DNA from: Octopus sinensis | Lineage: Eukaryota | NCBI RefSeq assembly: GCF_006345805.1 | Contig: NW_021834893.1 | Coordinates: 1-44,435, forward strand | Direction of reading: 5' to 3' | DNA: 44,435 nucleotides | Part shown: positions 25,121 through 37,247 of the stretch, piece by piece | Numbering within the stretch: position 1 is the first letter of the stretch | Layout of the letters: each line of letters opens with the position of its first letter | Notes under the pieces: generated by a model | Databases searched by the model: none | Told to the model about the DNA's origin: nothing | What the model saw: only the letters and a program-made list of their open reading frames with translations | Position numbers and translations under genes: made by a program

Positions 25121-26072
25121 ATATATGTTTGTGTGTCTGTGTTTGTCCCCCCAACATCGCTTGAGACAACCGATGCTGGTGGGTTTATGTCCCGGTAATT
25201 TAGCGGTTCGGCCTAAGAGACCGATATAATAAGTACTAGACTTACACAGAATAAGTCCTGGGGGCGTTTTGCTCGACTAAAGGCGGTACTCCAGCATGGC
25301 CGCACTGAAATGACTGAAACAAGTAAAGAGTATTTAATTTTTCTTTTTTTTCTTTAAGTAAACTTGAAAAAATGAAAACACGAAAATGCAAAAAGCATAT
25401 TTCATTTGTTGCAAAACTATTTTATAAACATGTTGCTATTATACAAAAGTGTCGTAAGTCCAAAACGTTGCTTTTTCAGAAAACGAAATAATAGTTTGAC
25501 CGTTCAGTAGCAAAACCGTTGCACTACACTTTGACATGTTTTGATACCTTGGCATCTGAAGCAACCTGGAGATACGATAGCTTGACCAAAACAATCGGTT
25601 ATTGCCAGCAAAAATAAATATTGAAGAAGCACATTTGGCCAAATTTGGATATACGCCAGTTTAATATCATAGCAACGATGTAGTTTGTTTTTTTTAGGTG
25701 ATGGTGTAAAAGAAATAGAATTTTTTTCAGAGTTACAACACACATGCAATTTTCTGACTCTTGACTTTGCATCATCCCAATGCCGACAAAATGTAAACTC
25801 TTCGAGAAATCAAAAAATTTTTAAGTCATCAAGTTGAAATTTTACCAATATTTAAGTTTGATAAAAACAGGCTTGAGTTCATAATTTTGTAGATTTTGAT
25901 GGATTCCTTTTGCCCTTGGGATAATAAAGGTTAAAAACTCAAAGAACACTGGATAACATAGAGGGGAAAATATAAAAATGCGATATGGTCATTGATGGAC
26001 TGGCTTTTGTCATAGATTTACTCAATCTGGATATATATTCTTGGACGTTATGCTGAAGTAACATCGCTCTTT

Positions 26073-26577
26073 GGATGCAGGCATAGCTTCAAGGTTAAGA
26101 AGCTCGCTTTGCAACCATGTGGTTTTGAGTTCAGTCCCACTACGTAGAATCTTAGGGAAGTGTCTTCCTTCCAATATAGCCCCCGGACAACCAGTCTTGT
26201 GAGTTAATTTGGTAGACAGAAAATGTGTGGAAGCCCATCGTATATTCATACACACACATATGTGGGTGCACGTGAGTGTCTTTTTATTTGTGTTGCTTCT
26301 CACACATTCGCACACATACACACAACACACACACACACACAACACATACGCACAACACACACACACACACACACAACACACCACACGCATACAGATTCAG
26401 TTTAACAACCGGTTTTTGGTGTTTTACATACCCATTATTTAGCGGCTCGACCAAACAGACTGATAGAGCAATTACTCGAGTTTCAAAATGAATGCTGGGT
26501 TGATTTGTTCGACTAAAGGCTTCAAGTACCCCGGCATGACTGCATTTCAATGACTGAAGCAAGTAACTGATAAAAGA
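26073..26577 (+). mobile_element. Diverged full-length SINE family A with internal (CA)n
   Basis: Head gagttcagtcccactacg, body gtagacagaaaatgtgtggaagcccatcgta, tail gatttgttcgactaaaggc...aatgactgaagcaagtaa. Confidence 0.75.
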
Positions 26578-27880
26578 CTGTATGTCTATGAATGTCTTGA
26601 ATTAACTAATTCATTGAGACGTTGAATAGAACAGCTTGCGGTATTCATTCCATCTTTCTGGGTTCAATCCAACTTGGGCCTACTTCGTGTTTTGTTCTTT
26701 CAAGATCGATACAATAAGTTACCAGCGCAATGCATTAAACTGAATGCACTGTTAGTGATACCATACTGTAGTCTGGCTCTTTACATCTTGATTTTAAATT
26801 CAACCACGTTTGTCCCACATTTGTCCCACGTTTGTCCCACGATAGTCCAATCTAGTAAGGTCACAACGATAACCCGTTAACGGCCAACAGGTTTTACTCG
26901 GCAACAGATAAGCAACAGTTGATTGAGAATATATGATTAAATTTATACAGATAGAATTAATATATAATCGCTAAAATAATTAATGATGGCTATAATCTCT
27001 GACTCAAGGCCATGCACTGGGTGGTGAAAGAAGACATTCAATTAAATCGATCTCAATATTTGCAAATTATTTCATTAACGCTGGAAAAATATAAATAAAG
27101 CTTAGTCTAGCTCCGATATATTTGAACTCAGGACATAAAGACACGTAACTCATTACCACAAGGGATTTGTTCCCCTTGTAATACTTCTTCCTGCCAACAC
27201 CTGCTCATTATTACTCATTATTGACATTAATCGATGAATCAATTAATCAATTAATCCAGCAATAAAACTAGCAACATAAAGCTATAATTAGATGACAATC
27301 TAGTGGGATTCTTAATAAAAGTTATTTCATTTACACATCTAAATGTATGTTTTTGTTTAAACTCTTGCTACACTTATCTGCTAAATGCCTAATACCTCAG
27401 GGAATCACTTGAACGTCTAAACATCCCATGGCATAAAGCATATAGTCTTTCAAATCAAACAAACCCAATCTCTAAGTTGAAAGAAAAGATGCCAAAGTTC
27501 AGATGTTGATATGTCAGTTGTTTGATCAAAGTATTGTAGCTCAATTTATACCTTCTTCCCTTACACTCCACAACACTAACTTCTATCAGGCTATTTATCT
27601 CTGCTGATTCCTGTTTAGTCATCTGCACATTAGCTTGCGTACAAGAATGCATAATGTAATTACGAAATATTGTCCTTTATGCTGTTAATCTGTTATAATT
27701 AACAACATTTATATTCATTACCGTTGTAGTTTTCTTCATATTAGCAATAATCACCACGTGCACCCGGGGGGTTATCTCATTAGCAGAAAACCGCAAATTG
27801 ATAGGGTAAATCGTGTGTTATCAAATGAATTAGTTGCAGGATATTACTGGTACAAGTTTTAAAGATCTGAACGAAGAATG

Positions 27881-28040
27881 CTTCTTCTTCTTCTTCTTCT
27901 TCTTCTTCTTCTTCTTCTTCTTCTTCTTCTTCTTCTTCTTCTTCTTCTTCTTCTTCTTCTTCTTCTTCTTCTTCTTCTTCTTCTTCTTCTTCTTCTTCTT
28001 CTTCTTCTTCTTCTTCTTCTTCTTCTTCTTCTTCTTCTTC
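27881..28040. repeat. Pure (CTT)n tract, ~53 units
   Basis: Uninterrupted 160-bp trinucleotide run. Confidence 0.95.
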
Positions 28041-28471
28041 TGATAATGCCATTTACATCGACCATACTTTATAGGAATATTAAACGATTCCAGTATTTGG
28101 CTATTACTTTACAGAGTCAACCTAGGAGCAATAAAAGACAGTCGACCCCCAACGGTTTTCGAATTCTGTATGTGAAAGATATTCGTACATCTAAAAGCAT
28201 TAACGCATTTTATCTCCTGTTTAGCGAGTCAGCCATTCCACGACACTAAATCGATGCTTTTAATGCTTCAATTCAAAACTGAAGTGCACAAACCAGATAC
28301 TATTATGCATTTAGTCCGTTGTGGTTCCAGTTCCTATTCACCCGACTTCATTACTTTTGTTTAAATCACAATATCACCGTTTGTTGAATCGCATTTCGTG
28401 CGAGATCTACTCATGTCGGCGTTCAGCATGTTACTTCATACAAGTTTTCTTGCATATATATATAAAAAAAA

Positions 28472-28631
28472 TGCATCTGGAAGTGTGGTAAGAAGTTTGT
28501 TTCCCAACCATATGGTTCTGGGTTCAGTCTCACGGCGTTGCACTTTGGGCAAGTGCCGTGTTTTCTAATATAGCCCCGGACCGACAAAAGCCTCGGAGTC
28601 GATTTGGTGAACGGAATCTAAAAGAGCCCTT

Positions 28632-28636
<5 letters not shown>
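28472..28636 (+). mobile_element. SINE family A head fragment
   Basis: gtgtggtaagaagtttgtttcccaaccatatggttctgggttcagtc...ttgggcaagtg. Confidence 0.75.
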
Positions 28637-28700
<64 letters not shown>

Positions 28701-28746
28701 TATTATATATTATATATATATATTATATATCAGGAATAGGACAGGT

Positions 28747-29149
28747 TAGAACATGCTAAAAGAATTTATCATGAAGAACATTTTAGTACCGGTTTCAGAC
28801 TTTGCGAATTTCTCAACTTAAAGTAAAGAATGAAGAGCAATTAAATTGTGGAAAAATTAAATGAAATGTTTTTAAAATATTTCCATAGATTTCAAAGACA
28901 AGAATTCATACCAAACTAGCTGCTACTAACTACCTAGAATCCACAAGAGTAACAAAGAGAGACAGAGACAGACTGGAAAAAGGAAAATGTACCTTGCATT
29001 TGAAAACGATAGAAATATTTTTTAAAAAACATTTCATTTAATTTTTCCACAATTTAATTGTTTTTCATGCTTTACTCCAAGTTGAAAAAGTCGAAAAGTC
29101 TGAAACGGGTACTAAAATGTTCATGATAAAATTATTTTAGCATTTTCTA
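28747..29149. repeat. Fold-back inverted repeat: arms ~28747-28902 and ~28993-29149, ~90-bp spacer
   Basis: For example, aattaaattgtggaaaaattaaatgaaatgttttt pairs with aaaaacatttcatttaatttttccacaatttaatt. Roughly 85% identity by eye. Confidence 0.9.
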
Positions 29150-29222
29150 CCGTGTCATATTTTCCTTATACATATCAACTCGTGTGTTCTTTTCCAACCT
29201 TCTACATATATATGCGCGCGCA

Positions 29223-29253
<31 letters not shown>

Positions 29254-29464
29254 TGCTCATGCGGATTCTATGAATGCAGTATTACATTCACCATGCCTAT
29301 TGGAGTCATTTCCCTTTATTTAACGGGTTTTTTTCATACCGTTTTGTCTTAATAACTGATGAGATGCCAGAGCAGACTTCATCTCCGTATCCAATATCCT
29401 GAGTTTTATTATGACAACCAACTAGTTGTCACACATATTATATTTATATATATGCATGTGTATA

Positions 29465-29508
<44 letters not shown>

Positions 29509-29511
29509 CTT

Positions 29512-29714
29512 TTATCTTATTTGTTTCAGTCATTTGACTGCGATCATGCTGGAGCACCGCCTTTAGTCGAACAAATCGACCCTAGGCCTTATTATGTAAG
29601 CCTGATACTTTTACTGTTGGTCTCGTTTTCTGAACCGCTAGATTATGGGGACGTAAAAGCACTAACATCGGCTGTCAAGCGATGGTGGGGAGACAAGCAC
29701 AGACACACAAATGC
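29512..29714 (-). mobile_element. SINE family A tail half
   Basis: ttgtttcagtcatttgactgcgatcatgctggagcaccgcctttagtcgaacaaatcgacc is the reverse complement of the family A 3' end. Confidence 0.85.
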
Positions 29715-29789
29715 ATACATACACACACATGCACACACACACGCACAAACATATATATATATATCAAAATAATGTTATAGATTATAATA

Positions 29790-30085
29790 CGACGACGAGA
29801 GAGCTCTTTGATCCAGTCAGCGGAACAACCTGCTCGCGAAATTTATAAATGGTTGAGCACTCCACTTACACACGTACCCATAACGTACTTCTGAGGGAGA
29901 TTCAACGTGACACAGAATGGGACAAGGCTGGACCTTTGAAATACAGGTGTAATTCCTTTTTGTCAGTTGAATGGACTGGAGCAACAAGAAATAAAGCGCT
30001 TAGCTCAAGAATATAGCTGAGTATCGAACTCATGACCTTATGATCATGAACCGAATACCCTAACCACTAAGCTAAGCGCCTTCAC
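29790..30085 (-). mobile_element. tRNA-derived SINE family C
   Basis: Minus-strand head gtgaaggcgcttagcttagtggttagggtattcgg...gagttcgatact (A box TAGCTTAGTGG, B box GAGTTCGATAC), followed by a non-tRNA body. Confidence 0.7.
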
Positions 30086-30410
30086 AAGCTAAGTACTGAG
30101 GTTGATTCTTCTCTTTTCATTTGCGTTCTCTCTTCCTATCTGTTGTCTTGTTTTCGATTTCTCCGCCTCCCTCTTGTTCCTCTCTCTCCCTGAATCAGAT
30201 ACATTGTGCCATAAGGAGATTCGTAAGAGACCAATCACAGTATATCTTTTTTTAGAAATGCAGATGGGTTGAATGATGTATGAGCAACCTCTTATTATAG
30301 ATTTGCTATAGGATTTATCCAAGGCCTGTTCGATATGCGATACCATAAGGACGGATTTAAAGAAAAATAAAACTCGAATATGATTCCGTGCTCTTATCAA
30401 TTATGCCCAA

Positions 30411-30624
30411 GGCGGCTAGCTGGCAGAATTGTTAAAGCGCTGGACAAAATGCTTATCGACAATTCGTCCATCTTGGCGTTCTGATTTCAAATTCAGACGA
30501 TGTGTACTTTGTCTTTCATCCTTTTGAATCGATGCAGTAAGTGCTACTTGAAAACTGGGGTTGTTGTAATCCACTCTCCCCGACCCTAAAGTTCCAGGTC
30601 TTGTGCCTATAGTAGAAAGGATTA
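30411..30624 (+). mobile_element. Diverged SINE family B
   Basis: ggcggctagctggcagaattgttaa...ctttcatcc...cttgtgcctatagtagaaaggatta. Confidence 0.8.
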
Positions 30625-31853
30625 TGAAATATGTCCTGTACGTAATTTCAGGGGTGTTTTGCCTACTACTTCAAGCAGGACAACTGACTTCATAGACAAT
30701 CTCTCATTGAATTAATATTGATATATTTCAGTGAAATGACTAGTTATGAACTAAGCATAAAATAACCGAGCAGCCTGGCCAAAAAATATTTTACTTAGAG
30801 TCTGTGCAACTTTCTCGTTTTACATATTCAGATACAAAGTATATAGAAAGAATTATCACCGGACTTAGTTACGTTGTAATGGTCGGTAGATAACTGTGGA
30901 GCAAGTTTGTCTGAAGGTTATACCCTATTGAAACTTAAAAAGGTATAGCGTGATGACTTTTAATATATCACCGTCGTGATCAAGCGCAACGACTTCTCTG
31001 AGAAAATAGAAATAGCCACTAAATTCCCTAACTCTCACACCTCTATTTTCACAATGTAGTCCTGCACACTCAAAATGACAGGTTAGGCAAGGCTGTAACG
31101 TCTTTGATCACAGGAATGTTGAAGCATGACCAACCAGTGGCTGATAAATATTATGAATAACATAACAACCGCTCTCAGATTGTCCTCATCTCTTTACCTC
31201 TCTCTCTCTCTCACTCTTTGTCTCGTTACCTCTCTTCCATTCTGTTTTCACCTCTTTACTTCTTTCTTTCTCTCTGCCTTCATCTCTTTATCACCCTTTC
31301 TCTCTTCTCCCAATCTCTCCCTCCCTCCCTGCTCTCTCTCTCTCTCTCTGCTTATTGTTGATCTATTTATCGATGTTATTTGTTGATCTATTTATCGATT
31401 TATCTATCTATCTTTATCGTACGCTATTCATGCATATAATCAACCGGTAATCAATAACAGAGCTACTCCGAACTCCCATAAATCCCAGGTGAAATCAACA
31501 CAAATTCTTCACACTTTAGAAAAAGGTAAAGAATGATGCATTCTCTCCCTAACCAGTTGTCACACACTGTTGACAAACATAGGGAGAAAAGCGAATTTTT
31601 TGCTCTCACATTCAAGCATATTCTCACATAAGATATACAACAACCGCTTTGATGCCCTTCTGGTTCAACTCACAGAAAGTTTAGCTGCGCAACAAAGACC
31701 TTTGATCTTCTAAGCTTATTGTCTGCATTCCATCACAATCGTTTCTATCCTCACTGCTCTTATATATATATAAGTTCAGCAAAATTTATGGTACGTAAGT
31801 TAAAGGCACCAGAATTTGGTATGGTATTATCCATATAAATCAAATGGGGCGAT

Positions 31854-32368
31854 TATAATCAAAATAAGCAACAGGGATATCCAAGGTAGTGTATTACAAT
31901 AGTTTCATGCTACTTCATTTTATTAAACACTGTAAGTATTACATCAGTTTTAAAATGTCGAGCAATCTTCAGCCACATAGAGAATTTTTTAATTAAACGG
32001 ACAATGCACATTTTTTAATACTTATTTCATTTGCCAACATTACAAAGAGGGTAGATATATAGACAGGGAGGTTAATTTTCATCAATAAGAATGATGATAT
32101 AAAATCTACAGATGGAGAAGGACATACTACCACCATGTTCTTAATGATGAAATTAACCTCCCTGTCTATATATCTACCCTCTTTGTAAAGTTGGCAAATG
32201 AAATAAGTATAAAAAAATGTGCATTGTCCGTTTAATTAAAAAATTCTATATGTGGCTGAAGATTGCTCGACATTTTAAAACTGATGTAATACTTACAGTG
32301 TTTAATAAAATGAAGTAGCATGAAACGATTGTACTACACTACCTTGGATATCCTCGTTGCTTATTTTG

Positions 32369-32374
<6 letters not shown>
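31854..32374. repeat. Long fold-back inverted repeat: arms ~31854-32090 and ~32138-32374, ~47-bp spacer
   Basis: tataatcaaaataagcaac...gaggttaattttcatcaataagaa versus ttcttaatgatgaaattaacctc...gttgcttattttgattata. Roughly 95% identity by eye. Confidence 0.95.
32251..32338 (+). ncRNA. Type I hammerhead-like motif in the right arm of the fold-back (mirror copy at 31890-31977 on the minus strand)
   Basis: tgtgg-CTGAAGA-ttgct...agcat-GAAA-cgattg-TA-ctaca. Stem I 5 bp (one G.U), long segmented stem II, near-palindromic stem III ACGATTGT, triplet GUA. Confidence 0.6.
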
Positions 32375-32420
<46 letters not shown>

Positions 32421-32479
32421 TATATGTGTGAAGTTTGTGTGACATGTTAACACTGCCGCTCCATCTTGACATGTGTTTG

Positions 32480-32940
32480 TGTCTTCGGGTTTGGATTTAT
32501 CAGCCATCAACGTTTGAGAACCGGTATTGGTGTGTTTACATTCCCGTAACTTAGCCATTCATCCCAAAAAAGGGCTGGTAGAGTAAATACCAGACTTCAA
32601 CAAATTAAGTACTGGAATTGATTCGTTCGACTAAAATTCTTCAATGCGTTGCTCCAGCAGGGCTTCAGTCTAAGGACTGAAACAAGTAAAAGACAAAACA
32701 CGTGTTCGTGCGCGCATGTGTGTGCGTATGTGTGTTTGCTTGTCTGTCTGTGTCTACCACCTCCCATCACCGGTTGATAACTGGTGTCGGTTTGATTATG
32801 TCCCTGGCTAAATAGACGAGGAGAATAAGTATCAGGCCTTAAAAAATATAAGTATTAAGATCAATTTGTTTGACTTAAACACTGAGTGGTGCTCCAGCTT
32901 GGCCGTAGTCCAGTGAGTGAAACTAGTAAGTTATAAAAGA
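32480..32940 (+). mobile_element. Two diverged SINE family A tail halves
   Basis: ggtgtgtttacattcccgtaacttagc...gactgaaacaagtaaaagac, and gtggtgctccagcttggccgtagtcc...gaaactagtaa. Confidence 0.65.
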
Positions 32941-33639
32941 TAATTATCAATTTCAGTACTTTCCTAGTGTTTGTTTTATCCATTGCAGAAAAAGAAATGC
33001 CAGTTTGACGTAGATGAAATTCGAAATCACATAGCAGAGGCATAGCAGAATTAAAACATGTTATTCTCTTCACCACACAACCGCCTACATATATATACAA
33101 ATCTACAAATCGGCAACACTTGATGTTTCCTAGTAAATAATTTGATCAACGGATTAAGGGAGGTAAAGATTACAAGAAGCAGAGAGAACTTTTAAGAAGG
33201 GAGTGACGCGGTAGATGCAAGGTAAAGCAGGAAAGACAAGTAAAAAAACAAAAAAAACCCAAAAAACTTGAGACTGCGTAAAGATGATGTCGTGCTCGAA
33301 AGGTGATAATAGCGGTACTCTGTCGTATGGAAAATTCATTAAAGACGAAATTTAATTAGTTTGTAATCTCTGCGAGAAAATCTGAGAAAAATGATCCGAT
33401 TTCAAAGTGAGTTGATGTTTATCTTTGTGTGACAAATTTAATGATTTCACTTTGCTAAAATGTGATGTATCTAGCGCTGCTCATAATTCATATATCAGAT
33501 GTATGAAGGATGCAAGCATAGGAACGTATAAACACATGTGTGCATATACTATTTTGATGTAAACAAGAATATGAGCAAATAATATACATATACACATGTA
33601 TACTTCGGTGTGTATAATTATATTTATATGCATAGATGC

Positions 33640-33726
33640 ATATAGACTATGTTGGAATGTGTATAAGCATGTACGTATGAATGTATGTATATATGTGTGT
33701 ATGTGCGTGTCTGCGTGCGTCTGTGC

Positions 33727-33798
<72 letters not shown>

Positions 33799-34275
33799 CG
33801 CAGGGTATATACTTCTGAGAGTAGGTCCAGAAATGAGAATATATATGTACGAAGCCAAATGAATGTGAGTCATAGTATGTAGTCACGCATATATACATTT
33901 ATATATGCATAGAAACATACATACATACATACATCATACATACATACACACTCACACCGCACACATACATGCATACATACATACATACGTACATACATAC
34001 ATACATACATACATACATACATACATACATACGTACGTGCATATATATATATTTATACATACACGCATGCAGGTATACATACATATATACATAGATGAAT
34101 ACATACACACATACATATATATGTACGTACGTGCATACATACGTACGTACGTACATATATACATACACACATACATACATACGTACGTACGTACGTACGT
34201 ACATACATACATACATACATACATACATACATACATACATACATACATACATACATACATACATACGTGTGTGTT
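33640..34275. repeat. (GT)n and long (TACA)n/(TACG)n microsatellites
   Basis: Directly visible. Confidence 0.9.
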
Positions 34276-34528
34276 GGGGTGGAGAGTAAGCTTGCAAATA
34301 GGATTATAGCCGAATATTTGTCAGTACACATTTGTCTGATAAAACCACAAGTATACATGTAACTACAACTCTTTAAAGTCTTCTAAATCTTTAGTTGATC
34401 CGTCAATTTCCCATACCTGCAATGCCCACATCACACACATGCACATATGCGCCTAATCAGTATATGTCACTGTACATATGTTCGTGAGTATATATTGGAC
34501 GTATGTTTGAGCGTGTATATGCCTCTGT

Positions 34529-34625
34529 GTCACCATATATTGTATTTAGTTTTGTGTATATACCAGTGTATCACAATACATTGTATTTAGTTTTGTATCA
34601 CCATATATTGTGTTTAGATTTGTAG
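34529..34625 (+). repeat. Short minisatellite, ~3 copies of tcaccatatattgtatttagttttgt
   Basis: Three imperfect copies visible. Confidence 0.65.
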
Positions 34626-35246
34626 TTTAGTGGGGACTAATTTAAAAAGGTTTAACAGAGATACAGATCACTGTTTCTCTCCTAGCGAGATTAACGAAAT
34701 TAACTGTGCTTGTGCTATTTAATCTAAATTTATAGCTAAAGTATATATTTTATACAAATCAAATATGTGATACTGTGTTTTGCGTAAGCTGTAGGATATT
34801 GTTTGGGAAATATATCACAAATACGCACACACGCACACATATATTCATATATATAGACACATACACATATGACACAAATATATGTATATATGTGTGTGTG
34901 TATGTGTGTATAAAAAGCAAACATGTGAGATTTTTTGTGTCTCTATACATTATATATATATATACACACATATTATGTGTGTGTGTGTGTGTTTATATAC
35001 ATATGGGTATGCTGCGTAAATTGAGTGAAAATTCTGTAAATATTCATGCCTTAACCTTATATATTGACTATAGGAAATAGTCGAATATTGGAGAATATAA
35101 ACCCACGACGACAAAATGACTATTAATACGCGGGGAAATCGCAATAAGTTTGATTCCCAGGGTTACTAATACCCTTTTTTTTTCCACCGTGGGTTTGTAG
35201 GTACTTATATTAAACTATGTTTCGAGAGTAAATTTATATGGTGAAA

Positions 35247-35405
35247 ACTAGAGTGGTTGTGTGGTAAGTAGATTGCTTACCAGCCACATGGTTCCGGGTA
35301 CAGTCCCACTGCGTGGCACCTCGGGCAAGTGACTGTTGCCATAGCCTCGGGCCGACTAAAGCCTTGTGAGTGGATTTGGTAGACGGAAGCTGAAAGAGGC
35401 CCGTC

Positions 35406-35468
<63 letters not shown>

Positions 35469-35882
35469 TAATCCAAACATGAAAACACAAAGAGAAAACA
35501 CAACAACGCGAGGACGTTGAACAAATATAGTATTATTGGACGCTCAGGAAGGAAGGGAAGAAGGAGCGTTTAAGGTTTCGAGCGGAACTCTTCGTCAGAA
35601 ACATAGGAAAAGGAAAGATCCAGAGAAGGGAAGACGGAGGAAAAAAATCGCCAACAGTACACACGCGGTCACATTATATATATATATATGCATGTGTGTC
35701 ACCCAACATCGCTTGACAACCGATGCTGGTGTGTTTACGTTCCCGTATCTTAGCTGTTCGGCAAAAGAGACCGATAGAATAAGTACTAGGCTTACAAAGA
35801 ATAAGTCCTGGGGTCGATTTGCTCGAGTAAAGACGGTGCTCCAGCATGGCCGCAGTCAAAATAGCTGAAACAAGTAAAAGAG
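35247..35882 (+). mobile_element. SINE family A (head 35247-35410, tail 35690-35882) interrupted by a ~210-bp insertion in its internal (TA)n
   Basis: Head and tail match 43786-44214. The unrelated segment 35463-35675 lies between two TA runs. Confidence 0.85.
35567..35603 (-). ncRNA. Minimal hammerhead-like motif (slightly decayed)
   Basis: Minus strand: tgttt-CTGACGA-A-gag ttccg ctc-GAAA-cc-TT-aaacg. Stem I 5 bp; extra A after A9; stem III ACCT where a related remnant at 21578-21586 has ACGT. Confidence 0.5.
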
Positions 35883-35929
35883 AAAAAAAGAGAGAGTATG
35901 CACACACACACACACACGTATATACATGT

Positions 35930-36150
35930 GTGTGGGGTGTCATTGTGTTTGTTTTTGACATCGCCTACACCAACGCTTCACAACCGGTGACGATTTGTTT
36001 ACGCGCCCATTACGTTGCGGTTCAGCAAGTTGTATAGAATATGTACCATGCTTACCAAATAAGTACTGGGGTCGATTTGTTTGACTAAATCTTTCAAGGC
36101 GGTGTCCCAGCACGACTGCTGTCTAATGACTGAAAGAAGAAACGATAAGA
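35930..36150 (+). mobile_element. Diverged SINE family A tail half
   Basis: aataagtactggggtcgatttgtttgactaaatctttcaaggcggtgtcccagcacg...aatgactgaaa. Confidence 0.7.
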
Positions 36151-36599
36151 GATATAAAATTTTAGCAAATACTGTTTGGCTTCTACGAAGAAATAACAGG
36201 AAATAATTGTTTAACAATATAACCGTTGTTTGAAAAATGATATGGGTACGGCCCTAAGATTAGTAAATATAAGATAAAACTAATGAATTATCGCTTGTTA
36301 TCATAGAAACGTCTCCTCACCAAGTCAGCCACTTTCAAATATAGCTTACGCAATTAAGCAGCAATAACTCCAGGTTATTCTATGCCAATTAACAGGCATT
36401 TGCTATGATGCTCAACATTTTTTGCAAATTATCTACTGAATTCTTAGACAGTTCTTTCATAATCATCTGAAGATCTTCAGGAAAATTTGAGCAGCATTTC
36501 ATTAAGATTCAGCTTTCAACCCATTCCCTCTCCCTCCTCTCTCTCTTTCTCTTTATATATATATATAAATATATGGGGGGTGTATGTGTGTGTGCGTGC

Positions 36600-36655
<56 letters not shown>

Positions 36656-36867
36656 GTACGTACGTACATACGTTTGGAAGCATATGCGTGTAAAATATAG
36701 ACGCAGTTCTTAGAATAGCGCGCCCGCTTGTGTGTATATATCGGTGTATATCTTTATGTATGTGTATTTATGCGTATATATACTTCGTATGGTTAAGTAT
36801 TAAGTGCTTTGTGAGACTTGAAACTGTGATTCGGTTTCGTTCCTCCGTTAAAAACATTTACTTCATT

Positions 36868-36985
36868 CTTTTCTACACTCGACACAAGGCCCGAAATTTG
36901 TGGGGAGGGAACCAGTCGATTAGATCGACACCAAAACGCAACTAGTATTTAATTTATCGACCCCAAAAGAATGAAAGGCAAAGTA
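36868..36985 (-). mobile_element. SINE family B 3' half
   Basis: tttctacactcgacacaaggcccgaaatt...atcgaccccaaaagaatgaaaggcaaagt. Confidence 0.7.
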
Positions 36986-37190
36986 TAAAATATCGAATGA
37001 TAGTTTTTTTTTAAATTTGAAGTAAAATTGTAAAATGGTGATTGTCTGAAATATAAATTTAAAATTAAAAATTACTACTTTTGATGAGAGTCTATAAATC
37101 CATACATACTTCCTTGGTTATTCTTCGGCAGTAATCAATAATATTCATACGAAAAAATCCGTCGTATTGTCTTGTATCTTGTATTTATAT

Positions 37191-37247
<57 letters not shown>

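Larger units (their letters stand above)
23903..25331 (+). mobile_element. SINE family A split by insertions: head 23903-24075, tail 25125-25331
   Basis: Head ggcgcaagagtggctgtgtggtaag...ggttcagtcccactgcg...gaagaagcctgtcgtata; tail gtttgtccccccaacatcgc...ggcggtactccagcatggccgcactgaaatgactgaaacaag. These are the two halves of the intact copy at 43786-44214. Confidence 0.8.

Noticed and set aside
26804-26841. Three copies of an 11-mer (ccacgtttgtc)
   Set aside because: Ordinary local slippage with no further structure.
27780-28249. polyE/polyF/polyR/polyL ORFs
   Set aside because: Different frames of the (CTT)n tract.
29356-29390. CTGATGA followed by a gatg/catc stem
   Set aside because: No GAAA after the stem.
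23200-30085. tRNA-like A/B boxes as real tRNA genes
   Set aside because: They lead into SINE bodies and lack a complete cloverleaf.
36467-36480. CTGAAGATCTTCAG followed by GAAA
   Set aside because: A 14-bp palindrome with no stem II or stem III pairing; not a hammerhead.
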